A stretch of 62,794 nt of DNA, filler included, from Choristocarpus tenellus KU-1152 (lineage: Eukaryota > Protista > Phaeophyceae), in the NCBI GenBank assembly GCA_964200185.2. It is 9 parts of 9 records of this genome, joined end to end, with 100 filler letters (N's around TTAATTAATTAA, not from the genome) between each part and the next. Parts side by side here need not be neighbours in the genome. Positions count along the whole stretch, not along the records: positions 36,665 to 49,215 come from CAXNAD020001795.1; positions 49,316 to 54,401 come from CAXNAD020011923.1; 7 more parts are not named here. One strand, 5' to 3'. The position numbers and the translations under genes were made by a program. The notes below the pieces were generated by a model. That model was not told the origin of the DNA. It ran no database searches and saw nothing but the letters and a program-made list of their open reading frames with translations. Shown in pieces: positions 37,358 through 49,522 of this stretch (its first letter is position 1; each line of letters begins with the position of its first letter).

Positions 37358-39571
37358 GTTCGGCGACTGACAAATCCTTCAACACCCAGTGCCTTCAGTG
37401 ATTGTGATAAAGGCACTCAAGGCAGTAACAATGGCACAACAGACCCCCCCCAAAGCTGGGGGCCCTGGGTTTTGCTTTGCAAATCCCCTGTTACCTCATG
37501 CCTTGATCCCTCAACCTTGCATGTATCCCGAGTGTTTGCGGAGTATCGTGTCAGGGGTGAAGGTTTCATGGGGGCTGGGCCATGGAGCAAACCACTACAG
37601 TTTGATGTGGAAGTGACTCGGGCAGCGGAGGGAGGTGGGTGGGGAGAAGAGGGATCGACCTTGGGAGGAGCTAAGGGAAGAGTGGGGTGCATTGATACCT
37701 CCCAGTGGAGTAATCGACCGCTGCCTATGCCAGGGCCGAAAGAACGTGACCTCAGTGGGGGACTTCGAAGGCCACACTCATCGCCCCGTCCACAGTTGTC
37801 GTTGCCGCTTGGACTCAGTCCAAGGATGAGGTTGCCCTGCCCCTTTTCTCAAGGGAAGTCGTCGCTGGCAGAGAAAATGTCCTGGTATGGTCAGGCTCAA
37901 AGGGGTCAAATAGGCCAAATAGGAAGGATAGCTACTGCGCCTGGGAAACTGGGGAAATATGGTCAAAGGAATCGAAAAGTTGTGGCGAAGGCATTATCAG
38001 TCCCTGGGATACAGGTAGTCAGCAAGGAGAGTGGGGCAGGCGAAGCTTTGCAGGCAGGAGTAGGTAGTCAGAGCTGCGAGCACAATAGATGTATGATTAA
38101 AAGGTTGGACAACAATAATATTGATGCTGGTCCAACTGCAAGCAGGGCTGATATTGTTGGGGAGGAGGTGAAGTTGGATGTGGAGAAGAGGGGTAAGAAC
38201 ACCTCTGAGGCGTTTGCAAGGGATAGTGCAAGGTGAGATAAGATGGTTGGGGTGGAAATATTGAGGTGAGCAGAGAGGTGAGTTGTTGTGCCGTTAATTT
38301 GGTTGCTGTCCCACTCATTGACAAATTTCACGTACCATTGGGGTTCAACGTCAAACAATGATATGGTGTGTCTTCATGCTAGCTGATGATAAGATCGTTG
38401 TTGCTATTGCTACTGTGTTTTGCACACTCTTCTCCTTTTCAAGCGTTGGCCTTCAGTATAAGGTGCCTCTGATGCTTATGTATTCTTGATTTATGGACTT
38501 GATAATATTTTCACCTACATGTTTTGTAACAAAACACGAGAAGCAATGGAGTCCGATAACAAGAAATGTTAAAGTAAAATGACTCCTGTTTTATCAATGC
38601 CTGGGGTGTCACTACCCCCGACCAACCCCTCTCATAATGTGTATGCACCCCACATACAACTCACCATTGACAACCCTCTGCCCAGATACAATTTTTACAT
38701 CAATCATTCACTGAACATGCTGCTCCCCATCCGCTCTATTCTCAGGCTAGAGGAAGATTGTCCTGAACATCCACCTGTGGTAAAGTGGGGATCCTGGTCA
38801 ACTCAAGATCTTGAAGAGGATCTGCTGCCAGAAAGAGGCTTGGACAAGGGGATGGAGCAAGGTCTGGAAGAAGTATGCAACAGCTCCCCTGGTTCTCAGC
38901 ATGGTCCATCCCTAAAACAGGAGTGTTATCCTGTTGTCAAGAAAAAAAGGGCTTTGCGACAGAAGAAGAATAGGAGCAGGCACGGATGCAGAACCAAGGG
39001 CAAGCACGAGGAGGGAAAGTCAAGGAGCCCTGATGCTAACACAGCAAGCTGGGGGGGAAGATTTTATGGCCCTGGTTCCGCCCAGACCGCTAATTATAGA
39101 GGTACCCCTTCCTCTTCTGTCGGTAATGCACCTGTTAGTATGGAGCGAGATGCGTGGGATAACAACTTTTTGTTGGAGGGTGGGTGGGTTGGTCAGTCCT
39201 CTACAAGAACCGGATATGGAGATGTTGCTGTGCAAATGCAAGGTCCCCAAGCCTCAGCTGGAGGGATAGGTCAAAAGCTGTCACCTCCTCCTCTTGATGG
39301 TAATGGTGTAAGCAGCAACGGCAAACATTTCTTGGGTGGAAATGGACGGTGTTCGAGCAGGGCCATGGACCGCGGAAGCTTAATAAGGGAGGCATACCTC
39401 AAAGGCCAACCTATGCAAGTAGTCCGTACACCAATTAAGGGTTCCTCTTTTGACCCATTGCGACCGAGAGCGGCATTTCAGACTCGAAATAAGAAAAACG
39501 GTGTTTGCATGCGAACTGTACGACCAATGGTGGACAAGACAGCATTAGGTTCGACTCCAGGAGCAGCATGA
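37358..39571 (+). CDS. Last two exons (37358-38232, 38746-39571) of a protein with a fibronectin type III-like segment and a long low-complexity tail
   Basis: ttctag acceptor, open frame ...WGPWVLLCKSPVTSCLD...AEYRVRGEGFMGAGPWSKP (FN3 C-terminal YxxRV...G.GPWS motif); ag|gtgaga ... ctcag|g phase-2 junction is consistent. Confidence 0.7.
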
Positions 39572-40557
39572 GAGAGATTGCCGCGTTCAAAGGTTTAGTA
39601 GTAGCTGGACGGATTAGAATTTCCTGAAATGGCTATGGACCAGCCGTTTCACTGTTTGTAGTTGATACTAGATAGTTGGATGTGGTCATATATAATTGTG
39701 ATACCTATAGTATTTGTTTGGTGTGGAAAAAGAATGAAGCTTCAGATAGGTAGCAGGACAAGGACAGGGTGAGGAACCGACTACTTTCGGTATGTGTGGT
39801 TTGCTATGGGGAAGGTTATTCATGAGGTGGATGACCTTGATGTTGGCAAGATTAAGGGTTGTGTGTGACCTGATGTTTGCACTCAGCTCCACAAATCTAT
39901 GCAACACAAGCATCACAAAACGTTTCTGTCCAAACTTCTGTCCTCCTCGAAATTGAAGGTTTAATAGAAGGTCAGGGTTGCGGAGGGGTGAAGGTCAATA
40001 GGAACTAGGAATCTGTGTATCGTGTGACATACGGGAATTCAATACCGTAGCATATGGTGGGGGTTTGGAGGAGGGAAACACCCTTGGTGTCACTTGCTGT
40101 GCTGGCATGCAAGGCCTTACCTGGGGTTGGCAAAGGGCAGGTAAAGAGGGAGGGGACAATCTTTCCTCTTTTACATTTTAGAGTTGATAGCTAGTTGTGT
40201 ATGTTAGTACATCAGATATTACAACTCCCTGTAGAGAAGTAAACTACAAAGTATATTCCACCTATATGCTGACTCCCTTATGAAGGTTTCCCCCTAACTA
40301 ATTAGTATGAAGTACTCCACAGTACTCGGTCTATAATGTCCTTCTTGGCATAGCAGTAACACTTCTCATATTTCAATAATAATCAAAGCCTAAATCATGT
40401 AGGATTTTGTATTGGAGCACTACTACCTTGTACCTGCAAGGTGATTTCGGAGTAGGTAAGGTATATTAGCTGCAGGGCCGACGGAGAGGAAGTGGCTCAC
40501 ATGGACATACCTATCGTTTAGGCGGATGCGGGAACTCGATCATATACTAGTATGTTT

Positions 40558-40815
40558 GAGTCAAAGTATCTTAGGGGGCAGGGCCGTGTCCGTTTGGGGG
40601 GCCAAAATCCAACGTTGCTATGTTGATGTAATTTTGGCTATCGTGTTTGTTAGGAAGTGTCAGTATCCTTGTTCTGGACACACCTTTCTATAACATATAC
40701 ATCTAAGCCACACTCTGAAACATTTTGGAGTAGGTAAAATGTCATAAAAAACCTGTGGGAAGCCAAGCCCCAAATGAACACACCAAAGCTAGTACCCTCT
40801 AAGATAATTTCACTC
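40558..40815 (+). mobile_element. MITE family A copy
   Basis: Both TIRs. Confidence 0.9.
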
Positions 40816-40886
40816 CATTATAGTTGGAGTAGCATAGGAAAAAAGACAAATCAACGATCGAACTGCCGACCCTACTCTAGAGCTCT

Positions 40887-41143
40887 GAGTGAAAGTATCT
40901 TAGAGGGTACTAGTTTTCCCCTGTTTGTCCATTTGGGATTAGGCTTCCCACGAGTTATTATTACATCTTACCTACTCCGAAATGTTTAGGAGTAGGTAAA
41001 ATATATATGTTATGAAAAGGAGTGTCCGGAATAAGGATATCTACATCTCTTAACAAAAACGATACCCAAAATTACATAAAAATTGTAACATTGGATTTCC
41101 ACCCCAAATGGACACGCTCTACCTTCCTAAGATACCTTGACTC
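40887..41143 (-). mobile_element. MITE family A copy
   Basis: Both TIRs; tct TSD. Confidence 0.9.
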
Positions 41144-41782
41144 TCTACTGCATTTACGATTACTACTTGGAAGTCTTGCTAACTCACATATTCATCAGGC
41201 AGTCAGCAAGTGAGCATGAATATAACTCATACTTGAACTACTTGTGGAAATGATGGAGGGAAGAGTACATACACAATCCACCACCCTGAGGTGGTGCTCC
41301 AACACACACAAGATTAAAGGACTGAAGAAGGAGCTATTCATCACTGCTGACTTTTTCTTCGGTAGGTAGTGGAGTGCCTTTTCGTATTCCAGACATTCCG
41401 TCTATTGTATGCTCGGACCAAAAACAAAGAGTATTAAAGAAAAAAAAACAAGCGGTGATGTCAGATCAGGGAAATAGTAGCACCCATCAACACCATTCGG
41501 ATCAGGATTTCATAAACTTGGACGATGCATGCCCTTTCCTAAAAACGCTAACCCTGGAGAAGTACACCGAAACCTTATGACTTTTTCTTCTGCTTCAAAT
41601 CTCCCAGACTTTGGCAAAAAATATTATCTGCTTGATTAGCCACATTCCTGGAGTATTATGGGTAACTAGAGAACTGCAATACATAAAAAATTGGAACTAT
41701 TCAAGCATGTATATGGTACGAAAAAAGCCCTTCGCCACTTGGTAAGACTGAGAAGATAATTAAGTGAAGTGGGTAGGACTGA

Positions 41783-42036
41783 GAGGCCAAGTATCTTAGA
41801 GGGTACAGTCACGTCCATTTGGGGGCCAAAATCCAATGTTGCGATTTTGATGTAATTTGGCTATCGTACTTATTAGGAAGTGTCAACATCCTTGTTCCGG
41901 TCACACCTTGTCATAACCCATACATTTTACCTACTCCGAAAAAAATAGGAGTAGGAAAAGTCATTAAAAAACCTGAGGGAAGCCAAGCCCCAGAAAGAAC
42001 AGAGCAAAACTTGTACCCTCTAAGATACTTTCACTT
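41783..42036 (+). mobile_element. MITE family A copy
   Basis: gaggccaagtatcttagagggtac ... taccctctaagatactttcactt. Confidence 0.88.
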
Positions 42037-42038
42037 TT

Positions 42039-42300
42039 GAGCCAAAGTAAACAAGAGGTACCCTGGTTTTGGCTGCTTTGCTTTTATGTCGCTCTTTCAT
42101 CTCTTCCTATTCAGTCTTATTTTCCATGGGTGAAGTTCTAACATTGACTTGATAGTGTTGGTTTCTAAATTGTTTGGAAAAATTTTGGACAGAATGAAGA
42201 AAATCCCCTTCTCACATTTGCTGAAAAACAGAATTTTGCACATTTTTTATCAGTGTTCTTAAACTGCAAGCCTGAGTATCTTTCATTTACTTTTGCTCAC
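42039..42300 (+). mobile_element. Terminal region of family D DNA element
   Basis: gagccaaagtaaacaagaggtacc...; homologous to 32462-32723. Confidence 0.7.
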
Positions 42301-44178
42301 TACGCCAATTCTATCTCTAGCAGGATAATCTAGGTTACCCTACCCACTTGCTTCGAATGGTGATATATACCTGGTATGTAGTATGTACCTCCATATCTAC
42401 CATGCCCACATTCAGAGGATACAATACTGTCTACGTGTAAGTACAATAGTACTTCATTAAATGATCACACCTCTGGTATGATGTACTTAGAAGTATCGTG
42501 AACACCATAAACTCTAAAGCCCTACATACAATACACCATTTTGTGCAAGCACTGGCGCCTATGTTTTCTTGAGGTTTCAACACTCCAGCTCTTGGGACTT
42601 CGTTTTTTTGACCAGTCAATTCATGTTTCATCCACTCTACTACTTCTACCACTACGTATTTACTATTTATCAACTAGCAGTTCACTTTTCTTAGATCAAG
42701 CAATTGCAAAGCTGGACTTGCAACACTGGAGAATTTCAAACGACTTAATTTTTTTTCTGTGGTGTTAATCTTAACAGTGTTCGGTGTCTGGGCTACAGCA
42801 ACTAATCCTGGTGGTGCCCCTGCCCTGGGTGCATTTTTGTTTGACAACCACAGCAGCAAGTTGTGAATCTTTTCTTTTCCCTACGTCTTTTTTATCCCTG
42901 GCCCATACTGCAAGGCTATTCCAACCATTAATATTCCTATGAGACTATCATCCCCCATCTCCTCCGTCCTGATCAGATCAAAATCAGGTTGGGCATTCAT
43001 GTGGGGGTAATCCCTTGTGCCATTTAGAATGTATTGAATCAGTAACCTTATGGGCACTCGAACTGTACGGATTACGCCCTTCTTGTGCCTTTCAACAGCC
43101 CTCCAACCTCGGGACTTCTCAATATCGTTTAGAACTGTGTAGCACCAAATAGAGCATGATACAGAGCGTCAGGAAGGTCACTGAAATCGACCTCCCACCA
43201 CCAGGAAAGAATGCCAAAGTTATGTTAGTCATGCTTGCGCTGAGGGGCATGAAGACCAGTATGTCTCAATGGTGCTGGTGGTGCTATACAGCTACACATT
43301 CATTTGGTAATACATAAACCACCATGTGTATCTGGTGAGATGGAAGATAGCAAGATGAAAGATCACAGATATTTGTTTTTGAAGAGGTTCAGCGATCCAA
43401 GGGGGACCTGAGGAAATGGACACATCACAGGTTTCAGAAACAGTAGAAGGGTCCACCTCATCTTTGACGGCAATTCTACCACAAGTGCAAGGGGAGTGGG
43501 GCAGTCTAAAGAGGCGATGAGAAAGTGTTGCTCGCTGGCAATCATCAAGTATCTACTAGGCAAGTTGAAGCATGGTGGAAGCCGCACTATCTATGCCTCC
43601 TTTCCCTACTATCCCCTGAAACAAGACTTGGCAAACGAGACTGATGCTTTGATGCACAACATTGTGGGGGGATCCTGATATATATTTTGTCGTCACACTT
43701 CAAGAGCTTTTGCCTCCAACGCTTTCACACATCTCAGAGTGAAGAAGGGGCATGCATGGGAGGCATGGTTGCCCCTAAGTATGGAAATTGAATTGAGGCA
43801 TTGCAGAAGTGCTAGACTATTCCTTACAGTCAACAAAAGGGGTTGTCTACACTGCAGCAACACAACAGTATAAAAGCACATTAAAGGTGAGTTACTCACT
43901 AAAAATACAACCTGCGAGAAATGCTGAGCACATGATACTTAAGTGAAATGTGGAAACAAAAAGTCCCCAGTCCCTAAGCTTCCCAAAAGATTCAAGGGGT
44001 CCCCAGGTTCCTTATAAGTCCGTGAATACACATTCCATTCAATAGATACAATAATGCCTGGCCTCAAAAGTAAACAGAAGGCAACAGACACAGTATAGTG
44101 CACACCAGTATTGCTGTCCAGCCACCTAGCTAGGGAGCTACAATAACATCGCAGTCTACCATGATAGCTATTTTACCA

Positions 44179-44587
44179 TCAGTAGGCAATCCTGTACTTC
44201 AAGGATAAACTTCCCTTGAACTTCTTAAACAGGGCTGGTGATAGGTTGAGCCATGGTCCAACAAGTACCCTCTCTTCTCTCTCCAAGTGTCCTTCAAGGT
44301 TTGTCTTGAATGCTGCGACGCTGGCCTGTACCTCCTCCGCCAGCTCTGCCATTGCTGCCTCTTGCCCTGAACCACACTTACCTTCCCCTCCATCTTCTCC
44401 AGTCCCTCCTAGGCCATGCTCAGTCGGACCTTGCGATATGGCATCACTCAATGCCTTGACTGCGACTGACACCCTCTCTTCCAACCCTGACTCTAATTGA
44501 TGCTCAGCCTCGAGATTCCTGCACAGACAACGCAGACACAATTCGTATTGAATAGCACCAGCAAGGATCATGGGGGGGGGGGGGAGG

Positions 44588-44639
<52 letters not shown>

Positions 44640-44713
44640 ATGCACTCNCGGGCATTCGTCCGCGACCCAAACAAACAAAGTGAAAAAAAAGTATGGAGTA
44701 GAAGCAACCGGGA

Positions 44714-44749
<36 letters not shown>

Positions 44750-46752
44750 AGAAGTAAGAAGAAAAAGACATGAAAGAAGAAGATGTATGGATTGGTTGGA
44801 TGTTTGAATGCATACTTCATTTCTCCACATGGCCCTTGCAATCCATCTTCTTGTAAAATACAGGGCGTTGGGGCAAATACAGTAGATATTGAAGCATGGA
44901 ATCACTGCCAATTGAAACTTCCTTGGGCATACTCCCATAGATATCTGATCATGACCCATAGTACACAGTAGCACAGTATATATTTTTCAACACATACATA
45001 CTTTCACAGTCCTACCACCAACTTAGGGTTAGGGTACCTTGTCCACCATTCCTTTTTATTGTCAAGGACGAAGATGTTACTGCAGAAAGGCAGATAGGGT
45101 ATGGCAGCACGATACAGACAGCATGCTGGGCACACACAATGTGTTTTGAATGGTGCAACTGCCACACACACAAACTTTATCATACCTTAACGCCTCCTCT
45201 GTTTCTGGAACATTCTCTGCGAAGAATTTGAAGAGCTGTGAATCTTCAAATGAGCTGTGACTAGCTATCTTTGCTGCTAGGGTCTGAAAGGATACTTGAA
45301 GTGCCTGAGTTGTTGAGCTCAGCTTTTCCTGTTGTGCTGCATTGATGCAACCAGAGCCAAGGGGGGATGGAGGCAGGGCTTAGGGCTAGGCGAACAAGTA
45401 GTGTAGAAAAAATGAGGTCATTTTGAATCAGGAGGGTTTTAAACATCTGTGAATCCACAAATACAAAGGGAAGCCGAGACCCTTTTGGACAAATAAAACA
45501 TAGTTTTGTTAGAAGGAGATTGGTTGCATAATATATCAGGTCCACATTATCATATCGAACCATTCTACTAACCGATCCCCTGACCTACTTCAAACACCTG
45601 CGAGGGGAGAAGACAATAGTGCGATGGTTTTCATCTGAGTTTTGTACATTACTTCACAATAAACCATTTTTGCAATTATTGTGGGGGTATTACTAAAAAA
45701 GCAAGTAGTCTCGTTGTACCTGCTAGGGAACAATAAATTTTTTCAGGTTGATGGTGTGAGGGTTAGGGAAATACAAACATTTCCATTTGAGTCGAAAATG
45801 GTTGTGAGTTTGAGGGCATTACGTCAATGGTGACAATGGGGACATTGTCCTTACGCAAAGTATGATGACATATATAATAAGAGAGAGAGAGAGAGAGATG
45901 AACTGCAAGCTGGGACAAATCAGTCTTGAAACACAATTTGCTCCATCCCCAACAATAAGGGGTAGCTCCAGATACCTCACGAGGATATTGGCATTCGAAG
46001 TCATTGGCCTCCCATGGTGGGGTTCTGGAGTGATACTGGACCACAACAACATAAATTTTAACACGTTATACCGCACAACAACGTACCTCTCTCAACTGAT
46101 GCCTGCATGGCCTTGGCCTTTCCCTCCAAAGATGTTGCCCTTGTGCGGAAAGCCTCGTGAACGAAGAGCCAAGTCTTGACCCTGAGGGAATGAGGGAAAC
46201 AGCCAAAGACATCATGATCAGGCAAGAATGAAGGGGACACATGCACCATGATGAAGAGAGCACACAAAGCGGGTTGCCAGAAATGCGAAGGGGTTGAAAT
46301 AGAGTTGAATAGCTTAGGTTGCAGTAGGGATGGCGTTTCTAGGCACAATCAGCCACGAAAAATTTAGACGAGGTAGGGAGCATGATCTCGATGATAGAGG
46401 CTTCATGCACCTGCGCTTGTTTGGATGAGAAGTGTAGTTTCTTCGCCAAAAATCCTTCTCCATAACGATAGACCAGCACCTCTCGGCTCCTACGACGAAA
46501 GGTTAGGGAGTGTAATGAGAAATCATCTGTTCAAGCAAAGGAAGGAAGACGACAGCAACAAGTGAAAATAGGGGGTTATTATGGCCATGTTTTCCCACCT
46601 TCCTTATCCACATCAGTAGCGTCCACCCCTAACGATGCAAGTTTGATTGAGAGCTCTTCGTCGCTGGGAAGCTGCAAAGGCTCGAGCACTGCACCGCTCG
46701 AGTCAAACAAGGAAAGAACTTCCGACGCAGGGACACCACTTGAGTTTCCCAT
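44179..46752 (-). CDS. Hemerythrin/HHE cation-binding domain protein, ~272 aa, 5 exons (46752-46599, 46489-46411, 46181-46087, 45336-45186, 44518-44179)
   Basis: All GT-AG junctions are phase-consistent and give 819 nt. Protein: MGNSSG...FWRRNYTSHPNKRRVKTWLFVHEAFR...KIASHSSFEDSQLFKFF...LEAEHQLE...LEGHLEREERVLVGPWL, i.e. the H...HxxxE...H...HxxxE pattern. Confidence 0.85.
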
Positions 46753-47018
46753 TGCTAAACACACACCTACAACTAAGCACAGGAAATTGTGCTAGGAATA
46801 GAGAGGATCTCTTTTCATCCTTATGTGGTAGTTTTGTTTTTTTGAATTTTTTGGTTCACAAATTATAATACTGATGTAGTGTTATAATTCAACAATATAG
46901 AGCCGGTACTGGTGATTTCACACATACACTTCCTTCCTCACTCCAAGTAGGACGAACATCCACATACCAAACATGCAAACCCAAACTAAACAAACCTCCC
47001 ATCACTATCACCTCCAGA
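46753..47018. promoter_or_regulatory. Putative bidirectional promoter/5' UTR region
   Basis: Only 266 bp separate the divergent predicted start codons at 46752 (-) and 47019 (+). Confidence 0.5.
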
Positions 47019-48604
47019 ATGCCCGCTGGGCGAGATATCGCTACTCTTCAAAACATGTGTTTCAAGGCTATCATTGCGCGGCCGCAAGAGGCCTTGAGAC
47101 CCAAGGAGGCGAGATGTTGAGAGGAGGGTTCTTTCTTTCCAGTCTCCATAGCTGCAGCCACCAACAATCCTACTCGTTTTGATATCGATTAGTCAAGGGT
47201 TTTTCTCTTTGAACTATACTATTGGAGTTCAAACCTAAAGCAAAGCATCCTCGATATCTAATCCAGCTGGTATGCCTAGTAGAACTATTAGACGGTTTTA
47301 ACGTTTCCCAGCAAAGGGCATTCAGAGATTGGGTAGCACACGTCTGGATGATCCTTTCCCCAACAACAGCTATGGTATCGTGCTAACTCCTTCTGTATGA
47401 AATTACCGCCTTTACCAGGTGAGATCAGCCTTCTTTTCCACCAATGCCAGGAATCTGGTGAAGCGGTCTGCTGTCCTTGGAGTGGGCGAGGATGGGGAGG
47501 GCATCGACACCGTCAAGTTGCGACAGGGAATAATCTCGCAGCTCATAGACGATGGTCGAGGGATGGTGAGAGTCGATCCCTCTGCTTTCCTTGCTTGGAT
47601 GTATGCTCATTAGCAGAGCCAAATGCAATGAATAGTCTGCTCTGAGATCAATCCATTAGGTAGTATGGAGGGGGTGCAATTGCCTCCTGGGGCTTGGAGT
47701 TTACACTAGGATGAGCCATCTATCCTGCCCTTGCGAGTCATACCATCTTGCGAGCGCTAATAACAATTCCGTTCACGAACTACCTCGTCCTTCCACCCAG
47801 GCTGGCCGTTTCCCAGCTCCATCAGAAATTCTAGACGACTCCTTCACAGAACTCTCGTTGGCAGGATCAAAAATCGGTGATGACTTCATCCGCGACACAC
47901 TGGGCAAGAGGTGCCCTAGACTGACTGTGAGTCGGTGTGAGTGATGGAGTGCACTATATTTATATATGTATATATATATATGTTCTCTTAACTATTTTCG
48001 CCTTGAACTAGGTTACAGTAAAGCTGACTTGGCAATAGCAGAGTGTGGAGTGTAAATGACTTATCCTAAAAACAGACTCGACCTTACGAGAACACAATTT
48101 TGAGTTCTCATCGGCGATTCGTTACTACCTTGCATTCACAGTCCCCGCACAACTCCTTACACCTATTTTGTTTATGATCATTGGCTGATTTTGACTTTCA
48201 CTAGCTGATTCCTGAGTTCTTGTTGTCCTTCCTTGATATCCTCACTGTCATAACAACCCTAACCCTTTTCCTCAATATCAACCCCAAGCCTTCCCTCTGT
48301 GCCTCCTACCTTTTCCCTGCTATCGTTATACTTTCCGTACCTTTTGTAAAACTGGTTGCTCTGTCCAGAGCGTCGATCTGACAGGATGTTTTTACATCAG
48401 TGATGAGAGTATCGGACTTCTACTTCGAGGGTGCAAACGCCTCCAGAGGTTGTCCATCCGCAATTCTCGGAAGCTGACAGATGTCTCCCTCGAGCACATT
48501 GCCAAGGATGGGAAGCACCTCTGCGGTCTGGACATTGGGGGTTGCTTTAATATGACCCCTGAAGGTGTGGAGGCGATGGCCGCAAAGCATCCCAATTCTT
48601 CGAG
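47019..48604 (+). CDS. Cysteine-containing LRR (FBXL/AMN1-like) protein with N-terminal BC-box-like motif; 3' part missing (exons 47019-47108, 47419-47565, 47801-47926, 48369-48604)
   Basis: LRR units ELSLAGSKIGDDFI..LGKRCPRL, SVDLTGCFYISDESI..LLRGCKRL, RLSIRNSRKLTDVSL and GLDIGGCFNMTPEGV; exons 2-4 are GT-AG phase 0; exon 1 (TLQNMCFKAI) needs a GC donor. Confidence 0.8.
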
Positions 48605-48615
48605 GTGCGAGTGTG

Positions 48616-48663
<48 letters not shown>

Positions 48664-48696
48664 GTTTTTATTTTTTTTTTTTTTTAAAATTTTCTT

Positions 48697-48730
<34 letters not shown>

Positions 48731-49522
48731 CTTTCACTTGGAACTGGCCTACGAGATTATATTCTGCAACTCTCCAGGGTTTTATTCTATTCCCTTTTTT
48801 CCTATTGACACGAGGGTTAGGGATGTTGCCATAAGGATGATGTACCCACCACACCGATGGTGTACTCTTTTTTTTTTCTCCTCATTTTGGTGTCAACTGA
48901 ATGAAGGGGGGCATCTACTACGAAGGACTTGAGAAGGATATTTTTCACATTTAGAAATACTCTGAATCGACCTCTCATGCACCAACACACACACACACAT
49001 ATATATATATTGTGTATCTATGGATGATGTGTATGTATCAGGTGACGAAAAAGAGAGAGGTGGTACAGGAACATTTGGCCTCAACAGGAGACTACGGTCT
49101 GTCTTACGATTTTTTTTTATTACTGTAAAGGATTTAAATTTGAAGAAGAGAAAATAACAAAAAAGACACGTGCACAAACTGCTACCCGTATCCAACACTC
49201 TGTCCACAGGAGGGGNNNNNNNNNNNNNNNNNNNNNNNNNNNNNNNNNNNNNNNNNNNNTTAATTAATTAANNNNNNNNNNNNNNNNNNNNNNNNNNNNN
49301 NNNNNNNNNNNNNNNGTGTTTCAACACAACCTTATCCCTAATCATACTTCGCGTCACCTCCATTGTCTCACGGCACTACTCTACCAGGGGACAACCTGTT
49401 CTTCTGTGTTCATGACTTAACCCCTCTTCGTCACGCTTCTATAGTTAATAGGTTTTGGAAGAAAAAGTCCATGCAGGAAGGCCTGAAGTCGACGATTTTT
49501 CAACCTTATCAATCGATCTCAC

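Noticed and set aside
44497-44974. Poly-Lys/Phe/Pro/Gly ORFs
   Set aside because: Intronic homopolymer runs (A and G tracts, with an N), likely of unreliable length.
48605-48932. Poly-Phe extension of the LRR ORF
   Set aside because: Intron after donor ag|gtgcga, with a GT microsatellite and poly-T.
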